IMG/VR virus record: IMGVR_UViG_3300042542_003631
Span: 5,221-69,220 of that record
From: a virus
Direction: 5' to 3' (one strand)
DNA: 64,000 nucleotides
Both the position numbers and the translations under genes were made by a program. This document shows positions 1-8,754 of the stretch, piece by piece. Numbering within the stretch: position 1 is the stretch's first letter; every line of letters starts with the position of its first letter. The notes beneath the pieces are model-generated. The model saw only the letters and a program-made list of their open reading frames with translations, did not search any database and was not told the origin of the DNA.

Positions 1-1111
1 ACGAGGTCCCGGGCTTGAGCGCGGGGGCCGTCCCGGAACCACCACTGCCAGCGGCGGGGGCCGAACCTTTGTAGGCGGCGATCTGCCGCTCCAGCTCAGC
101 GATGCGGGACTCGTTGGCACGCAGAGTCTTGACGAGACGCGGCAGCGCGGCGCCCGCATAAGCTGCATAGGCACGGAGGCCGGGGTCGGCCGTGTTGAAG
201 TCGACCGTGTCAGCTTCCGCCCGGATCGCCTTAGCTGTGGACTCATCAGCGAGCATGGGCAGCTTACGGGTCATCAGTTCCCAGGTCTGGTCGGCAGCCT
301 CCTTGTGCTTGCGGAGCTCCTCGACGGACTGCTTGCGGGCCGTCTCGGCACGCTCGACCTCGAAGCGCTTGAGCGTCTCGGCGGCGTTTTCCTCAAGGGA
401 GGCCTTGGTGTCCACGATCTTGTCAAAGTCCTCCGCAGCGCGGTAGAGCTTCAGTCGGTCGGGTTCCAGCATGGTCTCCGCCAGCTGAGCGAGCTTCTTG
501 ACGCGCTCCTTGCGGTTGTCCTCCACCACGGCGGAATTCAGGGCTTCGAGGTCAAGGTCGTAGGTGTCGGCCAGATCCTGGACCGTGCTGCGGAGGGTGT
601 CGAGGGGCTGTGTCACGCTGCGCTGATACTCCTCGGTGGCCTCCAGCTTGACGCCGGTGATCTCCTTCTCGTAGCTCTGCAGCTTCTCACGCAGGGTGTT
701 GATCTCCGCCTCAGCGGTCTTGAGTTTGGCGAGCTCCTCAGGCGGGACCTGGGAGGAGGTGGCCTCCTCATACTTGCGCTTCCACTCCTTGACCTCGGCC
801 TTGATCGCCTTCCAGCGGTCGCCGGCTTTCTGCGTCATGCCCTCGGGGACCTTGTCGTCGTCGTCACCGGCGGCCGGGTCAGCCGCAGGGGTGGTCTTGT
901 CCTTGTCAAGGAATGAGGCGATGTCGTCGCCGTCAGTGGCATCAGGGGCAGGGGCCGGATCGGCGGCAGGGGCCGGATCGGCGGCAGGGGCCGGATCGGC
1001 GGCAGGGGCCGGATCGGCAAAGAGGTCATCCATCGCACCGAGGCGGTCGATGATGGTGTCAGAAGCCGGCTTTGGGTCGGCAGCGGGGGCGGGGTTGAGG
1101 GCGGGGTCCAT
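1..1111 (-). CDS. Probable capsid scaffolding protein (partial, runs off the window edge)
   Basis: Hand-translated from ATG at 1111 (MDPALNPAPAADPK...), open to position 1. Acidic Pro/Ala N-terminus followed by long coiled coil; lies downstream of portal. Confidence 0.65.
   Translation of the reverse strand, partial: MDPALNPAPAADPKPASDTIIDRLGAMDDLFADPAPAADPAPAADPAPAADPAPAPDATDGDDIASFLDKDKTTPAADPAAGDDDDKVPEGMTQKAGDRWKAIKAEVKEWKRKYEEATSSQVPPEELAKLKTAEAEINTLREKLQSYEKEITGVKLEATEEYQRSVTQPLDTLRSTVQDLADTYDLDLEALNSAVVEDNRKERVKKLAQLAETMLEPDRLKLYRAAEDFDKIVDTKASLEENAAETLKRFEVERAETARKQSVEELRKHKEAADQTWELMTRKLPMLADESTAKAIRAEADTVDFNTADPGLRAYAAYAGAALPRLVKTLRANESRIAELERQIAAYKGSAPAAGSGGSGTAPALKPGTS
947..1019. 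repeat. 18-bp tandem repeat (about 4 copies) encoding ADPAPA
   Basis: ggggccggatcggcggca repeated. Confidence 0.9.
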
Positions 1112-1135
1112 AGGGAGGGGTGTGGGGTGAGATGG

Positions 1136-1471
1136 TTATTTCTTCTCGGCAGCCCCGGCATAGCTCCAGGGGCCGTCGGCTTCCAAGGTGGCGGCTTTCT
1201 GCATCCGAGAGAGGGCGGTGTCGTCAAACCCTGGCAGGCTCAGGAGCGCCTTGATGCAAGCCTCCCACCCAGCGTGATACTGGTGGCAGAGGGCGCCGGC
1301 GGCAAGGTCAGGACTGGTCAACGCCTTCGGGGCGTTCATGTTGCGCAACACAGCGACTGCGCCGACCATGAAAGGTTGACGCACGGCCGTGGCCAGCTGC
1401 TCGCGGAATGTGGGGGCTTTGGTCCACTCGATCAGAGTGGTTGGGACCTGGGGTGTTTTGGGTTCGCTCAT
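1136..1471 (-). CDS. Hypothetical protein between portal and scaffold
   Basis: 111-aa ORF packed tightly in the head operon. Confidence 0.7.
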   Translation of the reverse strand: MSEPKTPQVPTTLIEWTKAPTFREQLATAVRQPFMVGAVAVLRNMNAPKALTSPDLAAGALCHQYHAGWEACIKALLSLPGFDDTALSRMQKAATLEADGPWSYAGAAEKK

Positions 1472-1477
1472 GGGAGA

Positions 1478-3751
1478 TTACACGCCGAGGCGGCGCAACT
1501 TGGCCACTTCCTTGGCGTCATTGATGGCCTGCTTCTGCGCGAATTCGGCCTGCCTCATCTGGAGTTTCTGCTGGTGCTCCTCCTGCTTCATCTGGAGGCG
1601 CAGATTGTGCTCGATGAGCTTGCGCTCAAGCTCGGGGCTGAGAGACTGATCCTGGGCTGGAGCCGCAGCCTGGCCTTCCGCAGCCTGAGCCTCAGCTTCC
1701 TGGGCGGCTTTGCGGGCTTCGGCCTTGAGCTTCTGCTGGCCGTTCCAGATGATCTCGCCTGCCTGCTGCAACTGTTGACGATACATGGCGACCATCTCCG
1801 CGATCGCTGGGTCAACCCCGCCAAGCTCGACGTGCTCGGTGGCATGGGCGTGGATCATCACCATGGGCTGCACGACGGAGCCGATGTCAGCTTCGCCGGA
1901 TTCCACGGAGTCGATGAACTGCTTCAGCCTTGCTGTGTGATTCTTCAGGTGGGTGAGGTGAAGCTCGTTGGACTGGGCGCGGATCTCCTCGCCGTTGATG
2001 AGGTGGGAGTTCTCCAGCACCGAGAGCTTGTCGTCAATGGTCGGGCGCGGCGTGGAATCATCCGGCACATACCGATCGGCGAGGTCATACCCGACACGAG
2101 CGGCGACACGGTCACGGAGCAGGTTGTGGCGACCGACCTCGTCAAAGGCCGGAGCTTCCTGCGCCAGTTCGTTGAGGATCAACTGACGAGCTTCAGGCGA
2201 ACCACCACCCACAGCACGGTTGACGGTGCAGCGATCGAAGTCGATCACGCCGAAGGCCTCCGCCGGCACGCCCTCCTCCAGGAGGCGGTCACGCAGCTCG
2301 GTGACCAGGTCGCCTCCTGGCAGGTCGGGGCCGTAGTTGAGGTTGAACACGCGGCGGGCGACCTCACGCAGGAGGTTCTGGAAGGGCTCGTAGAACAGGT
2401 TCAGGCTCGTGATGCTGAGCTTGCTCATGCGGGCGACGTAGGCCTCGACCTCGAAGCGGGTTCGCTCCTTGTCGTCAGCAAACATGCCGACCGAGCTGTA
2501 TTGGCCGGACTTGGCCTGCAGCATGGAAGACATGTCGCTGATGACTGGCATGGCGTTGTTCTGCAGGTTCGGCAGCGTGCGCTCGATGACCTTGTTGCCG
2601 GGGCTGAGGATGGCGTAGGGGCCGTAGTAGGTCAGGGACAGATCGGCGAGCGCCTGCTCGTCAGCCGGCTGGATGAGCACGGAGCTGGACAGCATGGCGG
2701 AGTCAACCACCTGGTTGCGCAGCCTGTTGCTGACCTGGATGTGAGGGTAGATCTTGTAGCCGAGCCCGCGGATGCTGTGCAGGAACCCGTTGCTGCCGAT
2801 GCCGAACATGAACATCTGGAAGGGAGGGCGGTTGGCTGGATACTTGTCCTCCCGCTTGTAGAGGAACGCCTTGGCATCGCCCTGGTCCAGGAACTGGTAG
2901 TGGGACCAAGAGCCGCTGAACTCCTTGACCCAGAGGTGGCCGATGTTGATCTCGTGCCCGACGCAGTCGAAGTAGAGGTCGTTGTTCTTCAGGCGCTCCT
3001 GCACCTGCTCCCAGTCCATGATCCTCCGATCGCCGGCGGCATTGACAGACTTGATGAGGGCATCACGCACCGCAGCGACATCCCACCCGAGCTCGGCAGC
3101 CTGCTCCGGGTTCTTGATGTAGGCGTAAAGCTGCGAGGGGCGGTAGCGCTGGATGCTGCCCGCGAGCTCAAGGGCGCCAGGATCGGCGAGCGTGTGGCGG
3201 GGGAAAAAGAAGTCGCCGAGCTTGGCCACATGCCACCGCCAGTCAAGGTGGTCGGGGTAGTAGCAGACAGAGATGCCGTCCGCGATGAAGTGGTGGCAGC
3301 AGTAGAGGAACTTGTGGAAGAAGCTGCTCCACTTGCGGAGCATGCCCGTGAAGTTCTTCGAGATCCTGGACTCATACTCCAGGCGCTGCGGAGCGGGGAA
3401 GGAGTTGGGGCGCAGGCGGAACCGCATGAACTCCTCCGTGTTGGCGAAGAGGTCGACGTAGCCGCTCATGCTGAATTCCAGCAGGGCGCCGGCTTCGTCA
3501 AAGTTCAGGTTGGACCGCCCGCCCTGGCCCGTCTCGACAAGGTCCTCGTCCCGGTAGGGGCGCTGACCGTCGAACATCGCCTGCATCTGAGCCCTGCCAC
3601 GACTCGACTCCACGTCATCGTCCATCATCTTCTTCAGCGCCTTCTGCGCAGAGGCTGCGTCAGCGATGCGGCGGTCAGGGATGCGTCCTTTCGTGGAGGC
3701 GGTGAGCAGGCCGTCGTCGGTCTGCTGGAATTCGGTGAGGGCTCGTTGCAT
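1478..3751 (-). CDS. Portal (head-tail connector) protein
   Basis: About 757 aa, downstream of terminase, Q/A-rich helical C-terminal tail as in podoviral portals. Call rests on synteny and composition. Confidence 0.7.
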   Translation of the reverse strand: MQRALTEFQQTDDGLLTASTKGRIPDRRIADAASAQKALKKMMDDDVESSRGRAQMQAMFDGQRPYRDEDLVETGQGGRSNLNFDEAGALLEFSMSGYVDLFANTEEFMRFRLRPNSFPAPQRLEYESRISKNFTGMLRKWSSFFHKFLYCCHHFIADGISVCYYPDHLDWRWHVAKLGDFFFPRHTLADPGALELAGSIQRYRPSQLYAYIKNPEQAAELGWDVAAVRDALIKSVNAAGDRRIMDWEQVQERLKNNDLYFDCVGHEINIGHLWVKEFSGSWSHYQFLDQGDAKAFLYKREDKYPANRPPFQMFMFGIGSNGFLHSIRGLGYKIYPHIQVSNRLRNQVVDSAMLSSSVLIQPADEQALADLSLTYYGPYAILSPGNKVIERTLPNLQNNAMPVISDMSSMLQAKSGQYSSVGMFADDKERTRFEVEAYVARMSKLSITSLNLFYEPFQNLLREVARRVFNLNYGPDLPGGDLVTELRDRLLEEGVPAEAFGVIDFDRCTVNRAVGGGSPEARQLILNELAQEAPAFDEVGRHNLLRDRVAARVGYDLADRYVPDDSTPRPTIDDKLSVLENSHLINGEEIRAQSNELHLTHLKNHTARLKQFIDSVESGEADIGSVVQPMVMIHAHATEHVELGGVDPAIAEMVAMYRQQLQQAGEIIWNGQQKLKAEARKAAQEAEAQAAEGQAAAPAQDQSLSPELERKLIEHNLRLQMKQEEHQQKLQMRQAEFAQKQAINDAKEVAKLRRLGV

Positions 3752-3756
3752 GGTGG

Positions 3757-4515
3757 TCAAGGTTTGGCGCGGCGGACGATGCGAGCGGGGGCTTGCGGAG
3801 CGACACTAACCTCGGAAACCGGGGGTGTGTCAACCTTGACGGGTTCGACCTCGACTTGCGGGGTGACTTCGGGGGTGACTTGCGGGGTGAACTTGTCAAC
3901 CTTTTCAGCTGGGGTCGGGGTCGGCACGAACCCCTGGCGACTGCTGGGGATCACCACAAACGCAGCCGCCGGGGCGCCGTCAAGGCTGTCAGCGACGTGG
4001 AACATGCTCGACGGCCGGTAGATGTTGTTGAGCGCGGAGCTGTGGGACAGGTGCGGGGGCAGGCTGCCCTGCAAGCAGGGGCAGCGCCACGCCTGCAGAC
4101 GCTTGGAAGCGCCGGCCCGGTAGACGCCCGTGGTGTGGAGCGTCTGCGGGCCGATGAAGAACGACGTCGCGAACCTGAGCTCGTCCTCCACTTTGCTGAG
4201 CCAGCCGTCGCTGCCGACGATCTCCGCGCCGTCGCCGAGCCACAGGGTGTCAGGGTGCGGGGCGGAGAAATAGGTGGCCCACAGGTAGTTGTCAGGCCCC
4301 GTCATCAGGGACGGGCTGGTCACCGAGAGGATCACCCCGCCGAACTTGGTATGCCGGCGCACATCCGCCGCAAACTTTTCTGCAACCTGGTTGCAGTTAG
4401 TGACGGTGGTGATGAATACCTGGTGCCCCGGACCGGGGTTGTGGGCGCTCAAGGTCTCCAGGAGGCAGGGGAGGCGAGCGGTGGAGGACGGGGTGACAGG
4501 AATGGTCAATCGCAT
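3757..4515 (-). CDS. Hypothetical protein, Pro/Val-rich C-terminus
   Basis: 252-aa ORF overlapping the upstream gene. Confidence 0.65.
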   Translation of the reverse strand: MRLTIPVTPSSTARLPCLLETLSAHNPGPGHQVFITTVTNCNQVAEKFAADVRRHTKFGGVILSVTSPSLMTGPDNYLWATYFSAPHPDTLWLGDGAEIVGSDGWLSKVEDELRFATSFFIGPQTLHTTGVYRAGASKRLQAWRCPCLQGSLPPHLSHSSALNNIYRPSSMFHVADSLDGAPAAAFVVIPSSRQGFVPTPTPAEKVDKFTPQVTPEVTPQVEVEPVKVDTPPVSEVSVAPQAPARIVRRAKP

Positions 4516-5579
4516 AGATCGGACAGGTAGCTGCTGACGGGTGGGAGGTATCTCCGAAGTTTTACTTTACGAGCCGCCGTGCGGAGCGCAAGCGCGGGTT
4601 TTTTGAATAGGCGATGGGCGACCGCCTCGTCAGCCCACTCGGGGAAGGCTTTCAGGTTTTCCTCCAGAATGAGCTTTCTCGCATACTCCCGGTTCATCAG
4701 GTTCAGGTCCGGCGAGTGGCGGCACATGTAAAAACAAGCGTCTTCAAGGGTGTCAAAATACCTCGAAGCTCTGTCACTCACGTCAACCTTCCAGCCGTTC
4801 GGTGGGTTGGGCCAGTCTGCATAGATCGCCGCCAGCAACCCCTCAGCCCGCGACTGCACAGCCCCTCCACCGATGACCGGAGCTTCGTCAGGAGCCGCGG
4901 CGTAATTCGTGAAACAAGGGCAGGACCCAGGCCTGAGGTAGATGTTGTCGGGGTTGCTGAGGCTGACCTCTGTGATAGCGGGGACGTGTGCTCCCTCGAC
5001 GACAGCCAGAGCCGGTGAGTGGTTGCCGATGTAGAGTGAGGCGCTCAGGCAGGTGTCAAGAGTTGCTCCGCCCCAGTCATTCGCCTGCATGTGAGTGATA
5101 GTCACTCCATCAGGGATGACGGGTTGGAAGGCTGCATATTCCTCTGAACTGCCGACAAAAATGAGCTGCTGCCGGTGCAGCGCAGCCAGCAAAGCCCCCC
5201 ACGGAAACAGGGGATTCTGCTGCACTGTCGTGCGTGACAGCACAACGTGCCCCCGCGTTGAAGAGATCCTCTCAAACCAGGGCTTGGGTTCGTAAATCCC
5301 ACAGTAATATCGCATCTTCGTGAGCATGGCCCGGCCTTCCTGCTTGAAAGAGTAGGGGCGCAGGTCGAGTCCATACTGCTGCAGAGGAGGCAGCCCCCGC
5401 TGGACACTACGAATCCACGACATGCGTGAGGACAGCGCTACGATGTCGTCAAAATGATCGCGAGCTGCTGGCTCCCGAGATGGGAAGTAGATGTGGTGGG
5501 GGCCTCCCGGAATGTGGGCGAGGACACCCATTGCATAAAACGCTTCGTGTAGGCTCCGGGCTGGGGAGATGACTTTCAT
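4506..5579 (-). CDS. Glycosyltransferase-like protein (GT9/heptosyltransferase-like C-lobe)
   Basis: LIFVGSSEEY and LYIGNHSPALAVVEGAHVP resemble the GT9 motif FIGNDSGxxHLAxAxxxP. Confidence 0.55.
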   Translation of the reverse strand: MKVISPARSLHEAFYAMGVLAHIPGGPHHIYFPSREPAARDHFDDIVALSSRMSWIRSVQRGLPPLQQYGLDLRPYSFKQEGRAMLTKMRYYCGIYEPKPWFERISSTRGHVVLSRTTVQQNPLFPWGALLAALHRQQLIFVGSSEEYAAFQPVIPDGVTITHMQANDWGGATLDTCLSASLYIGNHSPALAVVEGAHVPAITEVSLSNPDNIYLRPGSCPCFTNYAAAPDEAPVIGGGAVQSRAEGLLAAIYADWPNPPNGWKVDVSDRASRYFDTLEDACFYMCRHSPDLNLMNREYARKLILEENLKAFPEWADEAVAHRLFKKPALALRTAARKVKLRRYLPPVSSYLSDLCD

Positions 5580-7348
5580 TAGAAGAACCTGCGGGCTCGC
5601 CCAGCAACGTCAAGTTTGCACAGGGCCTTCTTCAGGGGAGACTTTTGACGGCTCGCTGCAGGGCGGGTGGATGGCCGTTCAGCAGAAGAGAATCCTAGTC
5701 GGGAGCGGCATAGGTCGACAAGGATGAACGCAGCATCCGCCAAGTCAGGGCTGAACCCAACACGGTCCTTCATGTCAACCTTGCTCTCAGCCCGGAGCAG
5801 CAGCTTCCCGGCTCCCTTGACGGTGTCATACTTGCGGGAGACCATCTCGCGGATGGTGGAAGCGTCCAGGCCGCTGAGCTGCTTGGCTCGGAGCAACTCT
5901 TTGCCAGCAAACCAGATCTCAGATACGCGGTCGTAGTAGCGCTCATACGAAGGCGACCTGTCAGAGGATGACACAGGCAGGTCTGACGCCCTCCCGCTGA
6001 AGTTGACCCGGAGGAATTCAGGCCCCCAGAGCACGGCGAGCACGTCCGCGAACGGGGCGCCGCCAGCGGTGGCGTCGAGCGCGAAGTTGCGGAGGGGGAC
6101 CCCGCGCTTATTACACTCCTCACGCACCTGACGGCAGATTTGATGGGTTCGCGGGTCGACCTTGTTGGTCACGTCTTCCGAGATGAGCATGACCTCGTCA
6201 AAGTGGAGGTGCCGCGAGCCGCCAGTTGTCTTGCCCACAGTCCCGAAGCGGAGCACGCACCGGTCTCCACCAGCCGTGAAAGCCACGTCAAGCGCAGCCA
6301 CCCTCACCTTGCCGGCATCAGAAGCCCATACGGGCTCAGAGGTTCCTCCACCCTTCTCGATCTCCACGTCAGAGTAGATGCTGTCCTCCGCCCCCAGCGG
6401 GCACCAGAAACCTTTGACCATTCGGTAGTAGGCCACCGATTTCTCCCCGAGTTTAGCGGCTTCGTCGAGGTCTTCCTGCTTGGCGAGGAACGGGAATTTG
6501 ACGAACCCGAGGGTGATGTTGGGGCTGCGCTCTGCATCGAAGCGGATGAACTGGCCGTGCTTGGTGCGCCAGGCGTAGTCCGCTTCTGTGACAGAAGACC
6601 ACCCATCATACGGCTCAGAGAATCGGCCGTGGGGGTCGTAGTGCGAGTTCGGGTTGCCGATGCCGACCATCTTGAAGTCCTCGTTTCGGGCGAGGTTGGA
6701 GAAGGCGGTCGTCAAGATGCTGTCAGCAAGTTCAGGCAACTCGTCCGCCACCAATCGAAGGCGGGGGGCTTTGAAACCCATGAACTTGTTCTGCGCGTCG
6801 CGCTCCTTCTTGCGGTCAGACGCGACGAGGGTGAGACCAAACTTGTCCGACTGGATGCCGTCGGCCTCGAACCGGATCACACCCTGAGATGACACCAGCT
6901 TGCCGGGGAGCCCAGGCACAGCCTGGAAGTAGTCCTCGACGGTGGACCAGATACGCTTGCGGCTGTCCTTGAGGCTGGTGGAGGTGTAGAGGACCTGTGT
7001 CGCGTGCGGGGCGCACAACCACTCGATCAGCCCCCACACCGCGAAGAAGTCCGTCTTGCCAGAGCTCGCGCACCCCCCGACCGACAGGTATTTGTTGGCA
7101 CAGATGGCGTCGAGCATCTCCTCCGCCCACGGGTGCCAGATGAAGTTCTTGCTGGAGGCGGGTTGGTTCCAAAGGAGGTCGACCGCCCGGCGGAAGTGGT
7201 GAGCTTTGCCGGGCGAGCCAGGGGCTCCCTCACGGTAGCACAGGAGCTCAATGTCGAGGTCGCTGACCTCCGGCCCCCACATCAGGCCATAGACCTCCCG
7301 CTCTGCGGGAAGTGAAGCTCGCGAATGTTTTTTCTTGACTGAGGCCAT
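5579..7348 (-). CDS. terL: Terminase large subunit
   Basis: Walker A GCASSGKT, Walker B LVADE, GNP coupling motif, RNase H-like ALDVAFTAGGD and SPDLADA. Confidence 0.9.
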   Translation of the reverse strand: MASVKKKHSRASLPAEREVYGLMWGPEVSDLDIELLCYREGAPGSPGKAHHFRRAVDLLWNQPASSKNFIWHPWAEEMLDAICANKYLSVGGCASSGKTDFFAVWGLIEWLCAPHATQVLYTSTSLKDSRKRIWSTVEDYFQAVPGLPGKLVSSQGVIRFEADGIQSDKFGLTLVASDRKKERDAQNKFMGFKAPRLRLVADELPELADSILTTAFSNLARNEDFKMVGIGNPNSHYDPHGRFSEPYDGWSSVTEADYAWRTKHGQFIRFDAERSPNITLGFVKFPFLAKQEDLDEAAKLGEKSVAYYRMVKGFWCPLGAEDSIYSDVEIEKGGGTSEPVWASDAGKVRVAALDVAFTAGGDRCVLRFGTVGKTTGGSRHLHFDEVMLISEDVTNKVDPRTHQICRQVREECNKRGVPLRNFALDATAGGAPFADVLAVLWGPEFLRVNFSGRASDLPVSSSDRSPSYERYYDRVSEIWFAGKELLRAKQLSGLDASTIREMVSRKYDTVKGAGKLLLRAESKVDMKDRVGFSPDLADAAFILVDLCRSRLGFSSAERPSTRPAASRQKSPLKKALCKLDVAGRARRFF

Positions 7349-7384
7349 GAGTGTTGTTTTTTACGACACCTGCCACACTACAGC

Positions 7385-8257
7385 ATGAGCAAAAACAAGT
7401 CAACCAAACCCAAGACCGCCGCCGAAGCGGTCCAAGCCTACCTCAAAAGTCACCGTTTCGACGGACTTTCCATCCACCATATCCGCACTGTGCGGAAGCA
7501 CATGGGCATATTCACGCGGCACTTCAAGAGCATGCTGCTGCAGGAAGTAACCCCCGAAGAAGTGCTCAGATCCATGCCGAAAAGCTGGGGCCAGACATCG
7601 AAGGCCAACTACATCCGGGCGGTCAAGACGCTGGCGAACTGGGCGAGGGACAATGACTACCTCCCCTACGACCGCCGCACCTTTGCGGAGCGTATCAGGA
7701 AGCCGAAGGAAGCCCCGGCAGAGCCGGAGTTCTTCTCGACGGATGAAATGCGCCGGCTGCTGACGGTGGCTGGCATGCTGGTTGGGGGAGAGGAAGAGTT
7801 CCTGCTGTCAATCCTGGTCCTCGGCGGATTTGTCGGACTTCGGGCCAGTGAGATCGGGCGCCTTAGCTGGGCGGATATTGACCTTGTCCACAAGGCCGTG
7901 AGGCTGACGCCGAAGATCACGAAGACCGCGTCTCGCCGCATCGCCCTGATGCCTGACAATGCCGCGGCCTGGCTCTCCCACATCAAGGACAAGACGGGGT
8001 TCGTGGTCCCCCAGCACCTCATCCCCAACTTGCATCGCCACACTGGAGGCCTGTCCAAGGAAGCTGGGGTAGTGTGGAAGAATAATGCTCTCCGGCACTC
8101 CTATGTCACCTATGCCATGGCGCAGGAACGCGATGCCTGGAAGGTGGCTGAACAGGTCGGAAACTCTCCCCGTGTGCTGCAAGCTCACTATAAAGGGCTT
8201 GTGCTCCTGCCGGACGCAGTGGAGTGGTTTGGTATCACCCCAGACAATACACTATGA
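7385..8257 (+). CDS. Tyrosine recombinase/integrase (short, no arm-binding domain)
   Basis: GLRASEI (catalytic R), K in TKT, NALRHSY, GNS...HY (catalytic Y); 290 aa. Confidence 0.9.
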   Translation: MSKNKSTKPKTAAEAVQAYLKSHRFDGLSIHHIRTVRKHMGIFTRHFKSMLLQEVTPEEVLRSMPKSWGQTSKANYIRAVKTLANWARDNDYLPYDRRTFAERIRKPKEAPAEPEFFSTDEMRRLLTVAGMLVGGEEEFLLSILVLGGFVGLRASEIGRLSWADIDLVHKAVRLTPKITKTASRRIALMPDNAAAWLSHIKDKTGFVVPQHLIPNLHRHTGGLSKEAGVVWKNNALRHSYVTYAMAQERDAWKVAEQVGNSPRVLQAHYKGLVLLPDAVEWFGITPDNTL

Positions 8258-8754
8258 GCGACACGACCCCACTCATCATCGCCGTCGACCCAGGACTCAG
8301 CGGCGGCATCGTCATCGGCAACGCGGCCTACACGTCGCCCGCATCCGTCGCATCCATGCCCGAAACGGAGGCTGACGTGGTCGGCGCCCTCCGGGCCGTC
8401 AAAGAGATCGCTGACGCCTCCCACCAGCCTGAGCCCTGGCTGGCCATCGAGAAGCTGCCCCTCTTCGTCTCCGTGCCCGGCGGACGTGTCAGCGGAGCCA
8501 GCATGGCCAAGCTGCACCGCAACGCCGGACTCATCACCGGCGCCGCCCTGGCCCTCGGCATCCGCATCGTCGAGATCGACCCCCACTCCTGGCAGAAGCA
8601 CTTCCGCCTCGGCACGAAGAAATCCGCAGGCGGATACACCGCCTGGAAGAACACCCTCAAGGGCGAGGCGCAGAAACGCTTCCCCTCCGTCAAAGTAACC
8701 CACGCCATCGCAGACGCCCTCCTGATCTGGGAGTTCGCGAAAACCATCAAATGA
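8254..8754 (+). CDS. RuvC-like Holliday junction resolvase
   Basis: IIAVDPGLSGGI, AIEK, ADALLI. Confidence 0.85.
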   Translation: MSDTTPLIIAVDPGLSGGIVIGNAAYTSPASVASMPETEADVVGALRAVKEIADASHQPEPWLAIEKLPLFVSVPGGRVSGASMAKLHRNAGLITGAALALGIRIVEIDPHSWQKHFRLGTKKSAGGYTAWKNTLKGEAQKRFPSVKVTHAIADALLIWEFAKTIK

